A stretch of DNA of 63,933 nucleotides, the filler included. It is 6 parts of 6 records of this genome, joined end to end, with 100 filler letters (N's around TTAATTAATTAA, not from the genome) between each part and the next. Parts side by side here need not be neighbours in the genome. Positions count along the whole stretch, not along the records: positions 51,909 to 58,702 come from SRR20825019_2341; positions 58,803 to 63,933 come from SRR20825019_2379; 4 more parts are not named here. One strand, given 5' to 3'. Position numbers and translations under genes: made by a program. Shown here piece after piece: positions 56,323 to 63,933 of this stretch (position 1 is its first letter; every line of letters starts with the position of its first letter). Under the pieces are notes generated by a model that did not search any database, was not told the DNA's origin, and saw only the letters and a list, made by a program, of their open reading frames with translations.

Positions 56323-56904
56323 ATGGCACGGCCGACCAGCGAGGAAAAGCGAAAGGCGATACTCGACGCCGCCGAAAGGCTGGTTGCGGAAACCGGCACC
56401 GGCGTCTCGACGGCGAAGATCGCGCGTGCGGCCGGCGTCGCCGAAGGAACCGTTTTCGTCTATTTCGAGACCAAATCCATGCTGATGAATGCATTGCTCG
56501 GCACGCTGGAAGCCGAGCTTGCCGCCGCCTTCTCGGTCGGGTCGCGGCCGGGCGACGGCGGGCGCGGGGATATCCGCCATGTCTGGGACCGGCTGATCGC
56601 CTGGGGCTCTGCCCATCCAGCGAAATGGCGGGCGTTGAAGCGCCTCAAGGTATCCGAATACATCACCGAGGCGAGCCGCAGGGAAATGGATGCGCTGTTT
56701 AGCGAACTGATCGCCATGCTCGCCGAGACGATCCGCCGTCACGCCGGCGACGCAATAGCGCCCGACTATGCCGGCGTCGTTCTCAATGCCCTTGCCGAAG
56801 TCACGTTCGAACGGATCGCCGCAGAGCCCGACCGGAGCCGGCACTATACCGATCTCGGGTTCAACTTCTTCTGGAACGGCATAATCGCAGGCAAATCCGG
56901 ATAG
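56323..56904 (+). CDS. TetR/AcrR-family transcriptional regulator
   Basis: MARPTSEEKRKAILDAA...STAKIARAAGVAEGTVFVYFETK HTH. Confidence 0.93.
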   Translation: MARPTSEEKRKAILDAAERLVAETGTGVSTAKIARAAGVAEGTVFVYFETKSMLMNALLGTLEAELAAAFSVGSRPGDGGRGDIRHVWDRLIAWGSAHPAKWRALKRLKVSEYITEASRREMDALFSELIAMLAETIRRHAGDAIAPDYAGVVLNALAEVTFERIAAEPDRSRHYTDLGFNFFWNGIIAGKSG

Positions 56905-57004
56905 CCACCCGCACGCGGGCGGAAACGCCCGGGGCCTGAATTCCGGTCGGCCACGACCGGCACCACCGGCAGCGGGATTTCCGCTGTCTCATTCAACCAA
57001 AAAT

Positions 57005-57024
57005 TTGAGTGCCTACTCACTCAA
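57005..57024. promoter_or_regulatory. Putative TetR operator 2
   Basis: Perfect inverted repeat TTGAGTG-N6-CACTCAA just upstream of the SDR RBS. Confidence 0.75.
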
Positions 57025-57043
57025 TATCGATAGGAAAATGAAA

Positions 57044-57910
57044 ATGACATCTGTGAAAACATGGCTCATCACCGGCAGCGCCCGCGGTCTCGGGCTACAC
57101 ATCGCAAGGACCGCGCTGGAAGCGGGTGAGCGCGTTGTCGCCACCGCCCGCGATCTTGAACGGCTGGAGCCGCTCGCCGCCGAATTCGGCGATCGCGTCG
57201 CGCCCTTCGCCCTCGACGTCTCCGACGCGGCGCAGGCGGAAAAGGCCGTCCGGTTCGCGGTAGACCGGTTCGGCCGCCTTGACGTGCTGGTCAACAATGC
57301 CGGCTTCGGGCATTTCACCCCGTTCGAGCAGTCCGACCCCGATCACTTCCGCGCCCAGATCGAGACCAATTTCTTCGGCGTCGTCCATATGGTGCGCGCC
57401 GCGCTTCCGCATATGAGGGCCCAAAGGTCCGGCCACATCATCAACGTCTCATCGGTCGGCGGGCGCATCGTCGGCCCCGGCATGGCCGCCTATCAATCCT
57501 CGAAATGGGCGGTCAGCGCGTTTTCCGAGATCATCGCCAAGGAAACCAGCCATCTCGGCATCAGGACGGTATCGCTGGAACCCGGTGGAATGCGCACCGA
57601 CTGGGGCCGGATTGCCCGCAGCGATGTCCCCGACCTGATGCCCGACTATGAACCCGCGATGGGCGCGATGGCGGAGGCGTTGAACAAGGTGGTCGGCAAC
57701 GAGGTCGGCGACCCCGATAAGGTCGCCGCCGTCGTTCTCGATCTCGCCAACAGCGATCATGTGCCGGAACACCTTCTGCTCGGCAGCGACGCCTGGGCGA
57801 TGCTGCACAAGGCCGAAGAAGCCCGCAGCAGAGAAACCGCCGAATGGGAGGCCGTCACCCGGTCCACCGACAGCGAGAGCGCCGATCTTTCATTTCTCCA
57901 GCACATCTGA
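57044..57910 (+). CDS. Classical short-chain dehydrogenase/reductase
   Basis: TGSARGLG, DVLVNNAG, NVSS and YQSSK (YxxxK) motifs. Start is 57044 (or 57038) after AGGA. Confidence 0.92.
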   Translation: MTSVKTWLITGSARGLGLHIARTALEAGERVVATARDLERLEPLAAEFGDRVAPFALDVSDAAQAEKAVRFAVDRFGRLDVLVNNAGFGHFTPFEQSDPDHFRAQIETNFFGVVHMVRAALPHMRAQRSGHIINVSSVGGRIVGPGMAAYQSSKWAVSAFSEIIAKETSHLGIRTVSLEPGGMRTDWGRIARSDVPDLMPDYEPAMGAMAEALNKVVGNEVGDPDKVAAVVLDLANSDHVPEHLLLGSDAWAMLHKAEEARSRETAEWEAVTRSTDSESADLSFLQHI

Positions 57911-58061
57911 GCAACGCGGCAAGGCCTGCCGGCCGGCAACAAACCGGAGCCGGCGAGCCAAGATCGACCTTTTCTTCCGTAAAGGCTTGCAATAAGGTCG
58001 GCCTGCCCCGCCCAGCCAGCTGCGGCGGGGTCGCCTTAAAACGCAAATACCAGGAAGACAT

Positions 58062-58702
58062 ATGAATTCTCCTGCAATGAAGCTCGTCGTCGTGGGCGCC
58101 AGCGGACGGATGGGCCAAAGCCTGATCCGCGTCATCTGCGAAACCGAGGGCGCCGTGGTTCACGCCGCGATCGACCGGCCGGACAGCCCGGCCCTTGGCA
58201 AGGATGCGGGCGTGCTTGCCGGCGTCGGCGAACTCGGCATCGAAATAACCGACGATCCGCTGAAGGCCTTCGTCGATGCCGACGGCGTGCTCGATTTCAC
58301 CGCGCCGGCCGCGACCGTCGAATATGCGGAACTGGCGGCGCAGGCGCGCATCGTCCACGTGATCGGCACAACCGGCATGTCGGAGGCGGAAGATGCCAAG
58401 GTGATGGCGGCGAGCCGTCATGCCAGCATCGTCAAATCCGGCAATATGAGCCTCGGCGTCAACCTGCTGGGTGTGCTGGTCAAACAGGCGGCCGCAGCGC
58501 TTTCCGCCAGGGGCTGGGATATCGAGGTGCTGGAAATGCACCACCGCCACAAGGTAGATGCGCCCTCGGGCACCGCCCTGCTTCTGGGCGATGCCGCCGC
58601 CGAAGGACGCGGCATCGCGCTGAAGGACAAGGCCGTGAAGGTCCGCGACGGCCATACCGGCGCGCGCGAAGAGGGCACGATCGGTTTTGCCACGCTGCGC
58701 GG
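58062..58702 (+). CDS. dapB: 4-hydroxy-tetrahydrodipicolinate reductase (3' truncated)
   Basis: [22 protein letters not shown] and [15 protein letters not shown] motifs. Confidence 0.96.
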
Positions 58703-58802
58703 NNNNNNNNNNNNNNNNNNNNNNNNNNNNNNNNNNNNNNNNNNNNTTAATTAATTAANNNNNNNNNNNNNNNNNNNNNNNNNNNNNNNNNNNNNNNNNN
58801 NN
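58703..58802. other. Artificial contig spacer
   Basis: N44-TTAATTAATTAA-N44. Confidence 0.98.
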
Positions 58803-60107
58803 AAAGTTTGGGACCCTACAAGTGATGGTCCGCAGCCAAGAGGAAAACAAGTAAAAAATCCTGATGGTATTTGGTACACTCCCGTAACGGGGATTTGGCA
58901 AACTGTGTGGTTAGAGCCTGTTGCAGAAAAAAGCATAAAAAATTTAAAAATTACACCAGATATAGATAATAGTGCTATTAAAGTTAAACCGCTATTAACC
59001 AATGCTTCTTATGGAGATATTATTGAGGTAATCATTAAAGAAAATAACAAAGTAATAGCGGTTTCTAAAGCTAGTGCTAATGAGGAAGTTGAAATTTATA
59101 TAGAAAACCAAAAATTATGGTCGCCTGAATCCCCTTTTTTATATGATTTAACCGTTAAACTTTTAAGTGGAGATACAACAACAGATACAGTTGATAGTTA
59201 TTTTGCTATGCGAAAAATCTCCAAAAAGAGAGATGAAAATGGTGTTGTTAGAATGCAGTTAAATAACAAAGATTATTTTCAATTTGGACCTTTAGATCAA
59301 GGTTGGTGGCCAGATGGGCTGTATACTGCACCAACAGATGAGGCTTTAAAATACGATATTGTTAAAACTAAAGAATTAGGGTTTAATATGATTCGTAAAC
59401 ACGTAAAGGTAGAGCCAGCTAGATGGTATACACATTGTGATGAATTAGGGATTTTGGTTTGGCAAGATATGCCAAACGGAGATGCTGCTCCAATTTGGCA
59501 AAACAGAAAATATTTTGATGGTACAGCATTAAAAAGAAGCGCCAAATCTGAGCAGATTTACCGTAAAGAATGGAAAGAAATTATAGATTATTTATATTCT
59601 TATCCTAGCATTGTAGTTTGGGTTCCTTTCAACGAAGCGTGGGGACAATTTAAAACTGTAGAAATTACAGAATGGACGCAACAATATGATCCTTCACGTT
59701 TGATTAATTCTGCTAGTGGAGGTAACCATTTTCAAACAGGAGATATTTTAGATTTACATAATTACCCAGGGCCAGATATGTATTTATATGATGCACAAAG
59801 AGTTACTGTTTTAGGGGAGTATGGAGGAATAGGCTTGCCATTAGAAGGACATTTATGGAAAACCGATAATAATTGGGGATATGTAAAATTTAAAAATTCA
59901 AGAGAAACAACAGAGGAGTATATTAAATATGCTAAGAAGTTAAAAGGATTTGTAAAAACAGGATTTTCTGCAGCAGTTTACACACAAACTACCGATGTTG
60001 AAGGAGAAGTAAATGGGTTTATGACTTATGATAGGAAGGTTGATAAAATGGACTTTAAGAAAGTTCGTGAAATAAATCAAGAGGTAATAAATGAACTTAC
60101 TAACTAA
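58803..60107 (+). CDS. Glycoside hydrolase family 2 (5' truncated)
   Basis: Frame is open from the contig start (KVWDPT...GIWQTVWLE). Motifs LWSPESPFLY, GFNMIRKH, CDELGILVWQD, FNE (acid/base) and GEYGG (nucleophile). Confidence 0.9.
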   Translation, partial: KVWDPTSDGPQPRGKQVKNPDGIWYTPVTGIWQTVWLEPVAEKSIKNLKITPDIDNSAIKVKPLLTNASYGDIIEVIIKENNKVIAVSKASANEEVEIYIENQKLWSPESPFLYDLTVKLLSGDTTTDTVDSYFAMRKISKKRDENGVVRMQLNNKDYFQFGPLDQGWWPDGLYTAPTDEALKYDIVKTKELGFNMIRKHVKVEPARWYTHCDELGILVWQDMPNGDAAPIWQNRKYFDGTALKRSAKSEQIYRKEWKEIIDYLYSYPSIVVWVPFNEAWGQFKTVEITEWTQQYDPSRLINSASGGNHFQTGDILDLHNYPGPDMYLYDAQRVTVLGEYGGIGLPLEGHLWKTDNNWGYVKFKNSRETTEEYIKYAKKLKGFVKTGFSAAVYTQTTDVEGEVNGFMTYDRKVDKMDFKKVREINQEVINELTN

Positions 60108-60132
60108 TAATACATATATATAAAATTAGCAT

Positions 60133-60194
60133 CCGTTTTGGGATCTAAAAAGCTCTTAAGAATTTTTCTTAGGAGCTTTTTAGGTTCTAAACGG
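60133..60194 (+). terminator. Intrinsic terminator with an extended stem after GH2
   Basis: CTAAAAAGCTCTTAAGAA-TTT-TTCTTAGGAGCTTTTTAG core; pairing extends to CCGTTT/AAACGG. Confidence 0.8.
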
Positions 60195-60752
60195 TATGTT
60201 TTAAGAGTTATTTTTGTATAGATTCTGATCCTATAAATTCCTATAAAAATAACGCTAACTTTTCAAGGTTTTTATTTGTCTAATAAGCCAATTTTAGACG
60301 TTTTCTAGCGCATTATAAATTAGTTGATAATTAAAAAGCATATTTAATACATTCTTAGCTTATAAGTAGCTGATAATCCGTATAGTAAGGTGTGTTTTTG
60401 ACATGTTCAAATTGTCTCACAATACCGCAAATAGTTTCATTTCTGCATTCATTTTAAGAAAAATTAACACAATGAACATTTTGTACGAAAGATTGAAACA
60501 AAACCACTAGCTACATTATTCATATAATACGCTACTTTGAATTAAGTAAATCGCAAAAAATAAAGTTTAAAATTTAATATTATCAATTTTCAATAGAATT
60601 AATTGAGGTATTGATAATCGACTTTATTTTTTTTGGATAATTTAATTAAAGTTTTTTTTACTCTTATTCTGATAAAAGCCTTACCAAGCTTTTGTATTCA
60701 AGATTTACTTACAAGCTAACTTAAAATGAATGTTTCAAAAAAATGAAATTCA

Positions 60753-63700
60753 ATGAAAACAACTTTTAAAAATCAAATTAAACAATTGGTTTTTGCCTTA
60801 ACATTTTGCTTTATCGCGATGTCTAATTTGTATGGACAAGATCAAGTAACAATTAATGGTAAAGTAACCGATGAGAATCAAGTCCCGATACCTTATGTAA
60901 ATGTATTGGTAAAAGGAGGAGAAGGCAGTGGAGCCACCACAGATTTTGATGGTAATTATCAGATTTCAGCTGCTTCAGATGCAGTTTTGGTAATTAGTTC
61001 TATAGGGTTTAAATCCCAAGAAGTATCTGTAGACGGCCGTACAACAGTAAATGTAAAATTAAAAGAAGATGTTGAAGCTTTAGACGAAGTAATTGTAGTA
61101 GGATATTCTTCAGTGGAGAAGAAGGATTTAACAGCGGCAGTTTCTTCAGTATCAAGCAGCGATATTCAGAATGTACACGCAGGGAGTACGGTAAGTACTT
61201 CTTTGGCAGGAAAGCTTCCTGGGGTTAGTTTTAGAATGCCAGATGGGCGTCCGGGAGCTTCAGCAAATGTACAGATTAGAAATATGGGGAATCCGTTGTA
61301 TGTAATAGATGGAGTACAGCAAGATGTAGGACAGTTTAATAATTTATCTCCAAACGATATAGAAAGTATTTCGGTATTAAAAGATGGATCGGCTGCAATA
61401 TATGGTTCTAGAGCTGCAAATGGGGTAGTTGTAGTAACCACAAAGAAAGGAAGAAAAGGAGCTAGAAGTACCGTAAATATTGATGCGTATACAGGTTGGC
61501 AAAACTGGACTAGATTCCCTGAAACTGTAAACGACTCTTATGAATATATGCTTGGTAAGGCAGAGGCGGAAGTAAATGAGTTTGGTTCTACAGCTATTAC
61601 AGCAGAAGAATTAGAAAAATATAGAATAGGAGAAGCACAAGGGTATCAATCTTTTAATTGGAAGGATTTTATAGTGAAAAAAAATGCTCCAGTTACTAGT
61701 TTTAATGTAAGTGCCTCTGGAGGATCAGAAAAAATAAACTACTATTTATCGTACACAAAATTAAATCAGGAAGCGGTTTTTGGAGATGAATGGACTTTCA
61801 ATAGAGATAATATCCAAAGTAATGTTGATGCTCAAATAACTAATAATCTAAAAGTTGGAGTTCAGATAAATGGAAGAATAGAAGAACGAAAAAACCCAGG
61901 AATTCCAGGTTATGATGATTATTGGCAACCTCGTTTTGCAATTTTAAGAAATAGACCATTTGAGCGTCCTTATGCAAACGATAATCCAGAATATTTAAAT
62001 GATATTGGTCATAATGAAACAAATGCAGGACTACATAATTTTGAAGTTGGTGGCTATTATGTAGATACATGGAGAGTATTGCAAAATAACTTTACTGCAG
62101 AATACGATTTTGGTTTTATAGATGGATTAAAAGCAAAAGGAATGTATTCCTATTTTATTTCTGATAGAGTGCAAAATGGACATGAATATACGTATGATGC
62201 CTATACGTATGATCAAGAAAATGATGAATATACAGTTACTGGAGGAAGTACCAATCCTTTTAGAGAGCGAACTACTCACAAGAAAATCCAAAATGTATTT
62301 CAAGGTTCTTTAAATTATAATAAGGTAATTAATGATGAGCATACTTTAAGCGCTATGTTCTTAATAGAGCGGATTGATATTAATGAAACCAATCAATATT
62401 TACATGCTGTACCAGGAACAAATGTACTGCCATTAATATATTTTTCTGATATGGATCAATATGACGATTCAGAATATGAAGAAGCTAGAATTGGATATGT
62501 AGGTAACTTTACCTATAACTATAAAGATAAATATTACATTAATTCTTCTATCAGAAGAGATGCTTCTTGGAAATTTGCTCCAGATAAGCGTGTAGGTATT
62601 TTCCCTTCTATTTCTGGTGGATGGAGAATTACAGAAGAGCCTTTTATTAAGGATTTAGTAGGTGATGATTTTATTGTAAACGACTTTAAGATAAGGGCTT
62701 CTTATGGGGTGTTGGGAGATGATGATATTGGAATTGGATCTTTTGATTATTTAACTGGATATAATTATGGAGGAACTCCAGTTATTATTGACGGAAATCC
62801 AATAGTACCGAGTACAGATAGAGGGCAACCTATAGATAACCTTTCTTGGTTTGAAAGTGAAATTACCGATATAGGAGTAGATTTTGGACTATTTGACGGA
62901 AAGTTAACTGGTACTTTTGATTATTTCTATAGAGCGCGCTCTGGCTTAAGAGGTAGAAAGTATGATGTGCTAGTACCTAATGAATTGGGATATTCTTTGC
63001 CAGACGAAAATGTTAATAGTGATGCTGTATATGGGTCGGAAGCTTCGCTTTCTTATTACGGAAATATTGGAGATTTATCAATAATGGTTTCTGGAAATGC
63101 ATCGTATACCAAAACAAAATTCTTAGAGAGTTACAAGCCTAGGTTTGGTAATTCTTATGATGAGTACAGAAATTCATCAGAAGGAAGATATAATAATATT
63201 TTCTGGGGATATACAGCAATAGGTCAATTTGAATCGCAAGAACAAATAGATAATTATCCAATTAATAATGATGGACGTGGGAATACTTCTATGAATCCTG
63301 GAGATATAATGTACAAAGATGTTAATGGGGATGGAAAAATAGATGGATATGATGAAACTCCAATAGGCTACAATCAAACACAACCATTAATAAACTATGG
63401 CTTGAGTCTATCATTAGGTTACAAAGGCTTTGATTTTACGGCAGATTTTTCTGGAAATTCAGGCTATTCTTGGAATCAAAACTGGGAATCTAGAAGACCA
63501 TTTATAAACGAAGGAGCTCTAGCAGAAATATTTTTAGACAGATGGAAAAGAGAGGACCCTTTTGATCCTAACAGCGAGTGGACTGCTGGGAAATACCCTG
63601 GCTTACGCTATAATAATGGTAGCCATAGTAACAATTGGAATTCTACATTTTGGTTGCATAACATTACATCTTTTAGAATAAGAACAATGGAGCTTGGGTA

Positions 63701-63887
63701 TTCTTTCCCACAAGTGGTACTAGATAAATTAAGATTACAAAAACTGAGACTTTATGTTAACGGTTACAACTTATATTCTTTTGACAACTTGGAAGAGTAT
63801 GGAGTAGATCCAGAAGTTGTGGACGACAATAGTTTACAATACCCACAAAATAGAGTAATTAATGTTGGTATTAATCTTTCCATCTAA
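60753..63887 (+). CDS. susC: SusC/RagA-family TonB-dependent receptor
   Basis: Signal peptide, 'TTDFDGNY', 'LDEVIVVGY', 'PLYVIDG', 'DIESISVLKDGSAAIYGSRAANGVVVVTTKKG' and a C-terminal 'YP..R...GINLSI'. Confidence 0.95.
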   Translation: MKTTFKNQIKQLVFALTFCFIAMSNLYGQDQVTINGKVTDENQVPIPYVNVLVKGGEGSGATTDFDGNYQISAASDAVLVISSIGFKSQEVSVDGRTTVNVKLKEDVEALDEVIVVGYSSVEKKDLTAAVSSVSSSDIQNVHAGSTVSTSLAGKLPGVSFRMPDGRPGASANVQIRNMGNPLYVIDGVQQDVGQFNNLSPNDIESISVLKDGSAAIYGSRAANGVVVVTTKKGRKGARSTVNIDAYTGWQNWTRFPETVNDSYEYMLGKAEAEVNEFGSTAITAEELEKYRIGEAQGYQSFNWKDFIVKKNAPVTSFNVSASGGSEKINYYLSYTKLNQEAVFGDEWTFNRDNIQSNVDAQITNNLKVGVQINGRIEERKNPGIPGYDDYWQPRFAILRNRPFERPYANDNPEYLNDIGHNETNAGLHNFEVGGYYVDTWRVLQNNFTAEYDFGFIDGLKAKGMYSYFISDRVQNGHEYTYDAYTYDQENDEYTVTGGSTNPFRERTTHKKIQNVFQGSLNYNKVINDEHTLSAMFLIERIDINETNQYLHAVPGTNVLPLIYFSDMDQYDDSEYEEARIGYVGNFTYNYKDKYYINSSIRRDASWKFAPDKRVGIFPSISGGWRITEEPFIKDLVGDDFIVNDFKIRASYGVLGDDDIGIGSFDYLTGYNYGGTPVIIDGNPIVPSTDRGQPIDNLSWFESEITDIGVDFGLFDGKLTGTFDYFYRARSGLRGRKYDVLVPNELGYSLPDENVNSDAVYGSEASLSYYGNIGDLSIMVSGNASYTKTKFLESYKPRFGNSYDEYRNSSEGRYNNIFWGYTAIGQFESQEQIDNYPINNDGRGNTSMNPGDIMYKDVNGDGKIDGYDETPIGYNQTQPLINYGLSLSLGYKGFDFTADFSGNSGYSWNQNWESRRPFINEGALAEIFLDRWKREDPFDPNSEWTAGKYPGLRYNNGSHSNNWNSTFWLHNITSFRIRTMELGYSFPQVVLDKLRLQKLRLYVNGYNLYSFDNLEEYGVDPEVVDDNSLQYPQNRVINVGINLSI

Positions 63888-63904
63888 CATAAAAAATAAT
63901 AATA

Positions 63905-63933
63905 ATGAAACATCCATGTCTAAATTTTAGACA
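63905..63933 (+). CDS. Probable start of a SusD-family lipoprotein (truncated by the window end)
   Basis: ATG 17 nt after the susC stop, following an A-rich leader. The identity is inferred only from the usual susC-susD order. Confidence 0.35.

Noticed and set aside
60525..60545. Bacteroidetes -7 promoter element (TAnnTTTG) for susC
   Set aside because: TACTTTG is only a near-match in very AT-rich DNA, with no convincing -33 element.
1..63933. tRNA, rRNA, CRISPR arrays, transposases, integrases, defence systems
   Set aside because: None recognised by eye. Small RNAs cannot be excluded without tRNAscan-SE or Infernal.

Overview
This window is not one locus. It is six unrelated contigs joined by artificial 100-nt spacers (N44-TTAATTAATTAA-N44), so it looks like a mixed, possibly protist-culture, assembly. 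(1) 1-10327, alphaproteobacterial: a LysR gene divergent from a sulfatase-tctCBA-sulfatase operon, converging on a PotABC-like transporter/cupin/GMC oxidoreductase operon. (2) 10428-31366 and (3) 31467-39345, a compact-genome, probably flagellated eukaryote with 47-62 nt GT-AG introns and very GC-rich intergenic islands. Its genes encode an ankyrin-EF-hand protein, NAA30, a class-3 lipase, a TTLL3-like tubulin glycylase, a SETD3/LSMT-like protein, a secreted Cys-rich/GDGN-repeat protein, a degenerate macrodomain, an acylated Ubl-CLU-TPR protein, and a protein of at least 11 exons with a duplicated Cys/His domain. (4) 39446-51808, an intronless VPS13-like ORF of over 4000 codons, possibly kinetoplastid. 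(5) 51909-58702, Rhizobiales: yejA-like, mepA, glk, tetR, SDR and dapB, with twin TetR operators. (6) 58803-63933, Flavobacteria-like: GH2, susC and a probable susD start. I saw no rRNA, tRNA, CRISPR array or transposase. The best novelty candidates are the dual-sulfatase TTT cassette with an atypical TctC, the duplicated Cys/His domain gene whose start codon appears split by an intron, and the MGCGAS-Ubl-CLU(+Zn finger)-TPR architecture. All family calls come from recognising motifs by eye, with no database searches.
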